DNA of 61,348 nucleotides, filler included. It is 8 parts of 8 records of this genome, joined end to end, with 100 filler letters (N's around TTAATTAATTAA, not from the genome) between each part and the next. Parts side by side here need not be neighbours in the genome. Positions count along the whole stretch, not along the records: positions 48,421 to 55,980 come from SRR2962707_3966; positions 56,081 to 61,348 come from SRR2962707_3986; 6 more parts are not named here. One strand, 5' to 3'. Below the pieces are notes generated by a model. That model saw nothing but the letters and a program-made list of their open reading frames with translations. It ran no database searches and was not told where the DNA came from. Positions 51,239 to 61,348 of this stretch are shown piece after piece (positions within the stretch are counted from its first letter, which is position 1; the number at the start of each line of letters is the position of its first letter). The translations under genes were made by a program, and so were the position numbers.

Positions 51239-54200
51239 TCATGACGAAACTTGTGCAAGGACTGCTCCAAGCAGTCCTGCTGCAACGTCCTTAGAGAGAA
51301 CGTCTCCGAATCGTGACACTGGTTGAGATGCTTTTCCTGCATTGATTTTACTAGGTGAACTGCTCGATTGAGAGCTATTGTTGCTTGGCGCTGCATTTTC
51401 GGAGTCCTCCTCAACATGGTGGTGCTGCTGCTCAGCTGAATACTGTGGATTCATCCACGCTCTGACGTTCGCGATGGTGCTTCGCACCTCGGCTTGCTGT
51501 CTCGCTGTTAGATGCGGCACAATGTTGGTGCTGTCATCGCCTTCATCGTTGCCGACGCCACAACCTTGGGCAATAACTTTTGTTAGCAACCGACACGCTG
51601 CGTTAATGTGCGAAGCTTTACCGCCATCCGCCGCCAGTCTATCTGCCAGGTCAGTCAATGCATTGCAGGTGGCCTTGAAAACCATCGAGTCCTTTGCTGC
51701 ATGCGCAAGAATTTCCGCTGTGATTGCGTTTGTCTGTTCTGACGCACACCGTGCTTGAGCAGACGAGCGCTGTTGCTGTGAAACTCCCGCACATCCACTG
51801 CTTCCACGAATGGCAATAGCAAGGATCACAGGGACAAAGTGTTCGGTAATGACAGATTGAGAGAAAGCAAGCTTGGAAATAAATCCGCGCAGAAGCTGCG
51901 ATGAACCAGCTACAATTGCAGTTTCGTTGATCCCAAGCACCCCAACCAGTGCTCGTTCCACCAAACCTGCATGCTCGACGCGCCATTCTGCAAGGGACTT
52001 GATAATTGTCGCCTGCGGATCAGCCAGAACAGCCAAGGCTGCGGCAGTGTGGCGATAAATGGCAGCAGTCTCAACAGCGAAAGCATGCGCCGTTGGTGTT
52101 GCAGCCGTTGCGGCTGCCACTGCTTGAGTGGATTCAGAGAAAAATCGAAGCAAAATTGTCTGGCTGGAAGACGTCGACACTAGTCGAAGCGCTTGGTAAT
52201 CGTGTGCGGTTGCCGTTGCAACGGCAACCACAGACCAAAGCAGTTGTTGCGCTGCACCTTGCGCCGGGCGCATATTGGTTGCAGCTGCAAGGCGTGCTGG
52301 GGTGTGTTCTCCCGACTCTTTCTTGCGCCGGCGCTGGCGTGCTGGCGTCGACGACGATTTTGAGGAAGAAACCGACGAGGCAGCCTCACCCTCAGTGAAA
52401 GAGGCAAAGAAAGGCACAATGGTTTGAGTCACTGCATTCAACATGGTGCAGAAGTTGTTCAGTGAGGCTGCCTCAGGCACTTCGTCGCTAGTGCCGTACA
52501 CCTGCCTCTCGTAAATCTCGACGTGGATTTGCAACTTGAAAGCACACAATACAAGGTTGACCAGTGCCTCATCTGTCAATAGCGGACTGGTCGTGGTATT
52601 GAGGTTGTAGGCACTCTCAAGGCGCTGAGCGACTTCTGGAAGAACGCGCTCAAAGCATTGGCGCAAACGCTCCACCGTGGCGGTGGATTCGAGGACTCGG
52701 TCGCGTGCTCCACTGAAATTTTTTGAGAAGATCAGGAGCAACAGGTGTGTTGAAAATGTCGGCGAAAGCTTGCTTGCAGCATATGCGCCACCGGACTGCT
52801 TCTTGTTGTTTGAGCCTTTGAGGCTTCGCTTGGTTGCTTTTCCTTTGCGGCTGCCTGGTTCTTCAAGGGAGTTTGCTGAAAGTGCCACTTCAATGGCGGA
52901 TAAAGCATCGTCGATTATCTCTCCCTCTAGCTCCCACTGGCAGCTCAGCTCCACAAGCGGGGTGAATTCCGCTTCACTGGGCATGCGGCCGGATTCTGCC
53001 AAAGCAGCGAGCTTGGGCAAAATACCCGCACGGAAATCGCCACAATCTTCAGCATCCAGGAGGGCAGCAAGTCGGCACAGCAACGCCTCGACGACTCCAG
53101 GGGGGAAAAACGGCTCCAAACCACGACGAGCCGTCTGGCAAAAGTCACCGGCAAGTGTAGCGCGCAGGTAGGCGGCGGCCTTGGCGCCTCCGCGCTTGCC
53201 AAGATCCTTTGCAATGCTTTCCCAGGTAGCAGTAATCACATGGAGGAGAAGGAGAACCTTGGTGGCATGACCTTTCAGAGCCACGGTGACGTCTTCAGCT
53301 TGATCTTCATTTCCATCTTCCTCTTCACTGTCACCTCCCAGGGATCGTTTGCGACTGCTCGCCTGATCACCTTGGCGTGATGACATAACCTTCAAAATTG
53401 TGACTGTGCACTTGTTCAAAGCGTCAAGCAGACTGCAAACATCGGGCAAAGCCACGTGCTGGCGGAGATTTCCGTAAAAGGCAACCGCAGCAGCTGGATT
53501 AGTTTCCATGAGCACCTTGGCACGCGACAGGCGTTCACGCACACCTCCTTTCTCTGGAAAGTACCTGCGCGAACGAAAAGGCAGGACCACATGACAAGTA
53601 CGCACGACACAGAACGGAGACCTTTTCTCTCGTAGAACTGCTCTTTTGCAGTTCATTTCCATTGCACCAACATTCACCAACGTACGAGTTCAAAAGAAGG
53701 CTCGTCAGCTTTTTTGCAAGTGTGTGCTTTCCAGCGTCACAGGCGAGGCGCTCCAGCAGATCCTCCACGGGAACCACGTCAAAAAATCGAATGTCGCGAA
53801 TACGTTTGACTTGGAGAAGCATGTCAAGGAAGCGTCCGCGAACACGTTCCGACCGATCATGAATGCAGTTTGCCATTGATGGCAAAACTCGCTTCATGGC
53901 GCTGTGGCACAGACGATTGTCCAAGACAAAAGTCAATCCCTCAAACACTGCCGCACGAACGGCTGCCGAACTTTGGTCGTACACAAGGTCCTTGGCAAAA
54001 CACGTTAGGTATTGCTTCTTGAAGGATTCGGGAATAATTTCCCAGAAAGTACCTAAGGTGGCAGATGATTTTGAAAACAAAAAACAGGAGCTGCTGTGAA
54101 AACGAGAGCAAACATCCGTTGGAAGTCGGCTCGACCATGAAAAATACAAAAACTTGTCTACGTACCGAGAATACGGCAGGCACCCTCAATGGCAACCACG

Positions 54201-55447
54201 CGAACTTCCGGACTGGGATCCATCAAGGCAGTTGCAAAGGCAGTGTGCTGGCGCGTAGCCAGCTCCTCAATCTCCACGTGCGCAGTCAGGGACGGCTCCT
54301 GAAGAGGGTAAAGATCGGCGAGCAGAACGATCGCATTGCGGCGGACAGTGGATTTTGCGACCTCCATTGAACGCCACAAGAAAGGTCGGTACAAGCGAAG
54401 CAGCATCGAGTCCACTGCAGCGCCGCCGCCACCCGTATCACGCTTGTGCTCATGGATGGGCGCAAGCACACGCATTAAGTTTTTGAACACATCTGCGTGT
54501 GCGTGAACTGCGAGGAAAAAAAAGTCTTGCAAGCATTTGGTCTCAAAACGGTCGCGCACAGCGTCGTTGCCACTGCGATTGGCGGTATCCCACACGGAGT
54601 AGTACAACTCGCCGTATCGAACAAGCAGGCCTTTTGCCTTTGTGAAAGGGATCTGGTTCTTCACCGCATTGTGCACATCGCTCATCATACTGGGCGACAA
54701 GCTGAAGACGTGAACCAAAAATTTGGTACCGATCTTGTCTTCAAGGAATTTTGGGCTAATGAAGCAGTTCAACAGCTGGCCACGCAGAGACTCACTCGAG
54801 GTGTCGTCAATGTCAAAAATGCTCAGGACATTGCGCAGTGCGTACAATCGCCGCACATCAACCTGGCGCGCGTCCTCTGCCAAAGCCGCGTAGAGCAAGA
54901 GGGGGATGAACCTTGGCGCGAGATTCTCGAAGCCCTCCATCTGCTGCAAGCACCAGATCTCGCAAAACTTTCCGATGGTCTTCTGCAAGGCAATTTCAGT
55001 GTCATCGTTTGCAGAGAAATTGAAGATGAGGTCGTGGAGGTTGCACGCCAGCGAGAAGCAATCTGCGGAGACGTTCTTCGGTTGGCATCCTTGGACATAT
55101 TGCACAATACATGTAGCAATCGCCGACAAGCAAGCGACACTCTCCGTACGAGACTCAGTGCCGTGAGTGTCACTCGGAAGAGTTTGCAGTTCATCAAACA
55201 CCTGCTCTACAGGGATGCCCTCGATGTCACTGATCGAAGTTGCAAACCAGCGGCGCTGGATGATGGATGTCCAGAGCTGTTCGTTCTCGGCCTTGCTCAG
55301 CACAGACATAAGCTCAGGGAGACTCAGACCACCAGCAGTCGAACTCTTCTTGCCGCTCAGAGAGTGCACAAACTCCGCAAAGGCGGACGCAGCTCCATCG
55401 TGAGCGAGCTGGAGAAGCGACTCTTTCAGATTGACAGCGGATGCCAT
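51239..55447 (-). CDS. NCAPG2: Condensin-2 complex subunit G2; exons 55447-54166, 54052-53686, 53564-51239
   Basis: LLRLYRPFLWRS...VRRNA..LLADLYPL, spliced RILGTFWEIIP, IHDRSERVR, LLLNSYFP; both introns have GTACGT donors and AG acceptors in phase. Confidence 0.85.
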
Positions 55448-55719
55448 CACGTCGGAGCAGATAGAAGGAAGTTGTCGCCACAAAAAAAACGAACAAAAAA
55501 GTTCTGAAGCCTAGAGGGTCGCAGTCGCAGTCGTGATCACTTTGCTCTATCTCCGGAATCACGGAAAAAAGAAGTGGCGTAGCAACAGTAAGCACAGCGA
55601 GAAAAAATCGGCACCCTCCGCACAAACAGCGCTCACAAGCACCAAAGATTCCAATCGGTTGCTGGACACCCTTGATCACGATGCCCACCCGCCGCTCAAC
55701 GCACAACAACGCACCACAC

Positions 55720-55980
55720 ACAGTCACACATCCCTCACACACACACACACACACACTGACACGCCACCCTCTCTCTTTCCCTGTACCGCTCTCTCAAACA
55801 CAAACACACACACAACAAACACACAGACACAACACACGACCGTGACCCGAACCCTCACTCACACATACCAACAAACACTCCGAGAGTCAACTCCACTGCT
55901 CTTCGTCTCTCTATCTCTGTCTCTGTCTCCCTGTCTCGCTGACCTCTCCCCTCTCGCTCGCTCGCTCTCTCGCTCTCTCG
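55720..55980. repeat. (CA)n/(CT)n low-complexity tract at contig end
   Basis: Direct reading. Confidence 0.85.
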
Positions 55981-56080
55981 NNNNNNNNNNNNNNNNNNNN
56001 NNNNNNNNNNNNNNNNNNNNNNNNTTAATTAATTAANNNNNNNNNNNNNNNNNNNNNNNNNNNNNNNNNNNNNNNNNNNN

Positions 56081-56677
56081 CAGATCCATCATGGCCTGGG
56101 CAAAATCGCCAGCACGCTTTGGCACGGCGTGTTGCACCGTGGCTCGGACCAGCGGCTTTTCTTCACGCACCGGCCTAGGCAGCGCGAGATAGCGGGCGAC
56201 CACACGATCGACATTGCCGTCGACCACGGCGACAGGCTCATCATGGCAGATGGCAGCAATCGCCGCGCTTGTGTAATCGCCGATGCCGGGCAGATCGCGC
56301 AGGGCGGCGGCAGTTATTGGGAATACCCCGCCATGATGGTCCATCACCGCGACGGCACAGGCGTGGAGGTTTCTCGCGCGGGCATAGTAGCCAAGGCCGG
56401 CCCACTGCACGAGCACGTCATCGAGCGGAGCGGCGGCCAGATCATGGACAGTAGGCCAGAGGGTCGTGAAGGCCGCAAAATATTTTCGCACGGCGGCGAT
56501 TGTCGTCTGCTGGAGCATGATCTCGCTCAGCCAGACGAAATAGGGGTTTGGCCTTGTGCCTCGGGCCCGCTCGGCTGGCGAAACGCGCCAGGGCAAATCG
56601 CGCGCGTGGCGATCATACCAGGCAAGCACGGCATCTGTATCAATTGGGGAGTGTTGCACTGAAGCGATCTGGGCCAT
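56081..56677 (-). CDS. mutY: A/G-specific adenine glycosylase, N-terminal part
   Basis: RDLPWR, WLSEIMLQQT, WAGLGYYARARNL, LPGIGDYT, VDGNV. Confidence 0.95.
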
Positions 56678-56715
56678 ATCAATCCCCTACAGAGCCAAAG
56701 GACATTGGCGCAAGC

Positions 56716-57219
56716 ATGGCCAGCAAATCTTCAACGCCAAAGCGCAGCAATCGCACTGTGCAACTGGGCGACATGATCGGCAAGACGCTCGATCCCGCGC
56801 TGAAAAAGCGCGGATTTGCGGGCCGGGACCTGATCGCCCATTGGCAAACCATCGCACCGCCGCCCTGGGACAAGATTTCCATGCCCGACAAGTTGGTGTG
56901 GCCGCGCCGCGACCGTCCCGATCCTGAGGGGGCGATATTGCATCTGCGGTGCCTTGAGGGCCACGGACTGGCGCTGACCCATGAGGGCCAAGCCATTGCT
57001 TCGGCCATAAACCGCTATTTCGGCTATCTGATCGTGGGGTCGGTCCGCCTTTCGCCAATGCCGCTGACGGCCGAAACCAAGCCCCCCACGCCGCCGCGAC
57101 AATTGCCGCGTGCCGCGATTGACAGCATAAGGGCGCAAACGGGCGCCATCGAAGATGAGGGGCTGCGCGAAGCGCTGGAGAAACTGGGGCGCGGTGTTCT
57201 GGGGAAACGGGGCAGATAG
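56716..57219 (+). CDS. DUF721/DciA-family protein
   Basis: KRGFA...LIAHW..I...P.KLVWP...INRYFGY...LREALEKLG; conserved mutY-DUF721-dsbA-smc order. Confidence 0.8.
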   Translation: MASKSSTPKRSNRTVQLGDMIGKTLDPALKKRGFAGRDLIAHWQTIAPPPWDKISMPDKLVWPRRDRPDPEGAILHLRCLEGHGLALTHEGQAIASAINRYFGYLIVGSVRLSPMPLTAETKPPTPPRQLPRAAIDSIRAQTGAIEDEGLREALEKLGRGVLGKRGR

Positions 57220-57358
57220 TCGCCTCCTGCCCTGCGGAGGGGATGACCGGGCGTTTTATGGCCGATTTCACCGGCATGTGAACGTCTTGCCCCCTTGCCG
57301 CCGGATTCGCCCCGTGTAGTGTGCTCCATAATTTGTTGAGACATTAAGGAGCCAACCA

Positions 57359-58072
57359 TTGTCGCTTAATCGCAGAAACCTGTTGCTCGCGGGGTCCAGC
57401 GTCGGGCTCGCCACGCTCATCTACGGATGCAGCGACTCCAGTGCCGAGGCTGAAGTCACGGCCAATGTCGTCAACGACGCCGAGCCCATGGCCGATGGCG
57501 ACGTGGCGCTCTATGACGGATCGGCGATCGAACCGATCAATGGCGACGCGATCAACAATCCCCCCCTGGCCGACCGCCCGATGGGCGGCGTCGATGCGAG
57601 CGTGACTGTGGTCGAATATATCTCCCCCACCTGCCCGCACTGTGCCGCCTTCCACGCCGGTGCTCTCCCCCAACTGGAAGAAGAATACATCGAGACCGGC
57701 AAGATCCGCTTCATCCAGCGCCCCTTCCGCCGCAACGTGCTCGATCTCGCCGTTTTCATGGTCGCCGAAGCGGCTGGCGAGCAATACAACGAGGTCATCG
57801 GGGCCTATTTCGACACCCAGACCGTGTGGGCAGCGAGCGAAAATCCGCGTCAGGCGATCTTCGAAATCGCGGAACAGTTCGGGTTTACACAGGAAAGGTT
57901 CGAGGAAGTCTTGACCGACCAGGAAATGTTGGCTGCTATCGAAGCGACACGTGAGCAGGCACTCAACGATTTTGGACTGCAGGGCACGCCGACTTTCTAC
58001 ATTAATGGGGACAGGTTCGAGGGCACACCCGATTATGCAGGGCTTTCAGCCGAAATCGAGAATCGCCTCTAG
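57359..58072 (+). CDS. DsbA-family thioredoxin-fold protein with a Tat/lipoprotein-like signal
   Basis: NRRNLL twin-Arg, IYGC lipobox-like, CPHC active site, GTPTF. Confidence 0.88.
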   Translation: MSLNRRNLLLAGSSVGLATLIYGCSDSSAEAEVTANVVNDAEPMADGDVALYDGSAIEPINGDAINNPPLADRPMGGVDASVTVVEYISPTCPHCAAFHAGALPQLEEEYIETGKIRFIQRPFRRNVLDLAVFMVAEAAGEQYNEVIGAYFDTQTVWAASENPRQAIFEIAEQFGFTQERFEEVLTDQEMLAAIEATREQALNDFGLQGTPTFYINGDRFEGTPDYAGLSAEIENRL

Positions 58073-58096
58073 TTCTGCTCCTCTTCGAGGCGCGGA

Positions 58097-61000
58097 ATGA
58101 AATTTTCGCGCCTCAAGCTCCTTGGCTTCAAATCCTTCACCGATCCCGTCGAACTGATCCTCGAACCCGGAATTACCGGGGTCGTCGGGCCCAACGGGTG
58201 CGGAAAATCGAACCTCGTGGAAGCCCTGCGCTGGGTGATGGGCGAAAGTTCGTACAAAGCCATGCGCGCCTCGGGCATGGATGACGTTATCTTTTCGGGC
58301 TCGGGCAACCGTCCGGCCCGGAACTCAGCCGAAGTCACTGTCGTGCTCGACAATTCCGACCGCACGGCGCCGCAGGCTTTCAACACAGCCGACACCATAG
58401 AGATATCCCGCCGCATCGAGCGCGAGCAGGGCTCGGTCTATCGCATAAACGGGCGGGACGTGCGGGCCCGTGACGTGCAGTTGATGTTCGCCGACGCTTC
58501 GACTGGCGCGCACTCGCCTGCCCTTGTACGGCAGGGCCAGATCGGGGAGCTGATCGCCGCCAAGCCGACCCAGCGCCGCGCGCTGCTCGAAGAAGCGGCC
58601 GGGATTTCGGGCCTGCATTCGCGCCGCCACGAAGCCGAGTTGCGTTTGCGGGCTGCCGAGCAGAACCTCGAACGGGTCGATGACATCATCGCCCAGGTCG
58701 AAGTGCAGCTTGAAACGCTCAAGCGTCAGGCGCGGCAGGCGACACGCTACCGCGCCCTGTCGGGTGACATAAGGCGGGCCGAGGCGACGCTTTATCATAT
58801 CCGCTGGGTCAAGACGCGCTACGCAGAAAAGGAAACCGAGGCGCAGCAGGGCCGATTGATAAGTCAGTTGGCAGACGCCTCCCATCTCGAACACCAGGCC
58901 AAGAAGCTGGTCGAAGCGATGGATGCCGAACTGCAGCCTCTGCGTGATGCCGATGCGGCGGCAGGAGCGGTGTTACAGCGGCTCACCATTTTGCGGGGGC
59001 AGCTTGAGGACGAGTTGCGGCGGGCCAATTCGCGACGCGCCGAACTCGATGACCGGCTCAAGCAGATCGATACTGACATTGCCCGCGAGACGGCGCTGAT
59101 CGGAGATAGCGAAGGGCTGATCGAAACGCTTGAAGGCGAGCGTGTCGAACTTGCCGAAGCGGCAGAAGCGGAAAGTGAAGCCAGCGAAATGGCCCGCGCG
59201 CAGGCTGACGAGGCGCGGGCGGCGCTCGATGAGGCGGAAGCTGCGGCCCGCTCGGCTGCCGATGCGGTCGCGGCGATACGCGCGCAACGCACGCAGGCGA
59301 CCCGTGCCGCCGAAGAGGCCGGTCAGCGCGTCGCACGGCTGCAAACCCAGCAAACCGATATCACCCGAGATGTCGCCGCGCTTGAAGAGAGCCTGGCGGC
59401 CGATCACACGGTTGCGGAGCGCCAGGCTGCGCTCGACGAGGTCCTCGAGGCTTTCGCCGCTGCGGAAGCGGAAGTGGAAACCGCCGAGATCGAAACAGCA
59501 GAAGCGGTTTCTGCACTTGAGGGCGCCCAGCCGCAACTCGCCGATATGGAAGGCAGGCTCAACCGGCTCGAAAGCGAGGCCGAAACGCTGGCTCGCGTGC
59601 TCAACGTCGACGGCGGATCGCTGTGGCCGGCGATTGTCGATGCGCTGCGAGTGGCGCCGGGCATGGAAACCGCGCTTGGCGCCGCGCTGGGCGATGATCT
59701 TGAAGCCTCCGACGATACAGCGGCTCCGCTTTATTGGACCGAGAGCGCGGGACCGGAAGATCCGGCGCTGCCCGAGGGTGTGACCGCGCTTTCGAGCCAC
59801 GTTTCGGGCACACATCTGCTCAAGCGCCGTCTCGATCAAATTGGCATTGTCGATAGTGCCGCGGACGGCGCACGGCTGATGGCCCTGCTCAAGCCGGGGC
59901 AGCGGCTGGTCAGCGCCGATGGCGGGCTGTGGCGCTGGGACGGGTTCGTTGCCAAGCCCGACGCGCCAAGCGCTGCGGCGCAAAGGCTGGCACAGCGCAA
60001 CCGGCTTGCCGAACTCGATAGCGAGATCACCGGACTGCGCGGGGCGCGCAACGAAGCTCAAGCAACAATCTCGGGTTTGCGGACCCGGGTCGAGGCCGCT
60101 CGGGAAGCTGAGATCGCCCGCAGGAGCGCGTGGCGGGACGCGCAACGCGGCATCGCAGCGGCACAGGCAGGTGTTGATTCGGCACAGAAAAATCTCGCGG
60201 AGTTGACCGCTCGCCGCACGGCATTGGCCGAATCTCGGGCGCGGATCGAGGAAAATCTGGCCGAAGCCATTGCCATTGCAGAAGAGGCGCAGGCGGCTCT
60301 GGAAGAACTCGGGGCCGAGGGCGACGCCGTACGCGAGGCCGAAACGCGCCAGCGGGCGCTTGCCAATTTGCGGGAGGCAGCCGAGCAGGCGCGGGTGCGG
60401 CTGGCCGGGTTTGAAAGCGCGTCGCAGATGCGAACCTCGCGGCTGTCGCGAATCGGGCAAGAACTGGAAAGCTGGCAGCGGCGGCGCGCCGGTGCGCAGA
60501 GCCAGATCGAAACGCTCGAGCGCCGCAAGGGCGAAATCGAGGGCCAGATTTCCGAACTCAATGCGACCCCCGATGCCTTCGATCTCAAGCGCGTCGAACT
60601 CGAAGACCAGATCGAAGATGCCGAATATGCCCGCAAGCGTGCTTCGGACAAATTGAACGAGGCGCAGGGCGCGTTTCGCGAGGCGGACAAGGCTGCACGG
60701 CTGGCTGCCGAAGGGTTGGCCGATACCCGCGCCGAAATGGCGCGCGTCGAAGAGCGGCTCAAGGGCAACATCGCCACCCGCCAGCAGATCGAACGCCAGA
60801 TCGCTGAAACGCTGGGAATATCGGCTGACAAGACGGCGGAAGCTGCCGGGATCAAGCCCGAAGCCGCCCTGCCCGAAGAATCGGCCACCGAGGCCCGCGT
60901 CGACCGGCTCAAGGCCGAGCGCGAGCGGCTGGGCGGGGTCAACCTGATGGCCGAGCAGGAGGCCGAGGAGGTTCAGGACAAACTCGACAAGATGGTGGCC

Positions 61001-61348
61001 GACCGCGAAGATCTGATCGCGGCGATCGCCAAGTTGCGCACCGGCATTTCCAACCTCAACCGCGAGGGCCGCGCGCGGCTCAACGAGGCGTTCGAGAAGG
61101 TCAACAACCACTTCCGTGACCTATTCACCACGCTGTTTGGCGGCGGCACGGCGGAACTGACGTTCGTTGAAAGCGACGACCCGTTGCAAGCGGGCCTCGA
61201 AATCATCGCCAAGCCGCCAGGGAAAAAGCCCCAGACGATGACGCTGCTTTCGGGTGGCGAGCAGGCGCTGACGGCAATGAGCCTGATCTTTGCAGTGTTT
61301 CTTACTAATCCTGCCCCTATCTGCGTGCTCGACGAGGTGGATGCGCCG
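58097..61348 (+). CDS. smc: Chromosome segregation protein SMC (runs off the window end)
   Basis: Missing from the ORF track. ATG 58097 gives MKFSRLKLLGFKSF...GPNGCGKSN (Walker A), a long coiled coil, the signature LSGGE and Walker B LDEVDAP at the last codons, in the same frame. Confidence 0.96.
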   Translation, partial: MKFSRLKLLGFKSFTDPVELILEPGITGVVGPNGCGKSNLVEALRWVMGESSYKAMRASGMDDVIFSGSGNRPARNSAEVTVVLDNSDRTAPQAFNTADTIEISRRIEREQGSVYRINGRDVRARDVQLMFADASTGAHSPALVRQGQIGELIAAKPTQRRALLEEAAGISGLHSRRHEAELRLRAAEQNLERVDDIIAQVEVQLETLKRQARQATRYRALSGDIRRAEATLYHIRWVKTRYAEKETEAQQGRLISQLADASHLEHQAKKLVEAMDAELQPLRDADAAAGAVLQRLTILRGQLEDELRRANSRRAELDDRLKQIDTDIARETALIGDSEGLIETLEGERVELAEAAEAESEASEMARAQADEARAALDEAEAAARSAADAVAAIRAQRTQATRAAEEAGQRVARLQTQQTDITRDVAALEESLAADHTVAERQAALDEVLEAFAAAEAEVETAEIETAEAVSALEGAQPQLADMEGRLNRLESEAETLARVLNVDGGSLWPAIVDALRVAPGMETALGAALGDDLEASDDTAAPLYWTESAGPEDPALPEGVTALSSHVSGTHLLKRRLDQIGIVDSAADGARLMALLKPGQRLVSADGGLWRWDGFVAKPDAPSAAAQRLAQRNRLAELDSEITGLRGARNEAQATISGLRTRVEAAREAEIARRSAWRDAQRGIAAAQAGVDSAQKNLAELTARRTALAESRARIEENLAEAIAIAEEAQAALEELGAEGDAVREAETRQRALANLREAAEQARVRLAGFESASQMRTSRLSRIGQELESWQRRRAGAQSQIETLERRKGEIEGQISELNATPDAFDLKRVELEDQIEDAEYARKRASDKLNEAQGAFREADKAARLAAEGLADTRAEMARVEERLKGNIATRQQIERQIAETLGISADKTAEAAGIKPEAALPEESATEARVDRLKAERERLGGVNLMAEQEAEEVQDKLDKMVADREDLIAAIAKLRTGISNLNREGRARLNEAFEKVNNHFRDLFTTLFGGGTAELTFVESDDPLQAGLEIIAKPPGKKPQTMTLLSGGEQALTAMSLIFAVFLTNPAPICVLDEVDAP

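Noticed and set aside
58973-61111. 712-aa minus-strand ORF
   Set aside because: Antisense shadow of smc, which occupies the plus strand from 58097 to the end.
51239-61348. NCAPG2 next to bacterial smc as a condensin cluster or gene transfer
   Set aside because: Separated by an artificial spacer; the adjacency is coincidental.
1-61348. rRNA, tRNA, CRISPR arrays, transposases, defence systems
   Set aside because: None recognised by eye; a covariance-model search would be needed to exclude small RNAs.

Overview
This window is not one genome. It is eight unrelated contigs joined by identical 100-nt spacers (44 N + TTAATTAATTAA + 44 N); the taxonomic labels below are inferences from protein similarity and gene order. 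(1) 1-5887: Devosia-like alphaproteobacterium with a partial GH3 glucosidase, DoxX/HxlR, YrhK, an AAC(3) aminoglycoside acetyltransferase, an L,D-transpeptidase, accA and partial xerD. (2) 5988-13276: Rhodobacteraceae-like, with partial valS, an orphan CoxL-like Mo-hydroxylase, PaaI, metF/metR, an NADP oxidoreductase and suhB. (3) 13377-21728: intron-containing protist DNA carrying a giant-virus-like family B DNA polymerase that appears spliced onto a Tudor domain, convergent with a multi-exon Kir K+ channel. (4) 21829-28061: a protist importin-beta-family gene. (5) 28162-36787 and (6) 36888-48320: Alcanivorax-like gammaproteobacteria with housekeeping and accessory genes (pdxB, ttcA, glcB, gabD, suhB, trmJ, cysE, a Sel1 pair, LysR/PACE, DMT exporters, REP elements). 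(7) 48421-55980: protist gamma-glutamyltransferase and condensin II NCAPG2. (8) 56081-61348: Hyphomicrobiales mutY-DUF721-dsbA-smc. The best candidates for new biology are the apparently domesticated virus-type PolB with a PIP-like motif and Tudor fusion, and a 48-aa valine-rich leader ORF with a hairpin upstream of an EamA exporter. All calls come from reading motifs by eye; no searches were run.
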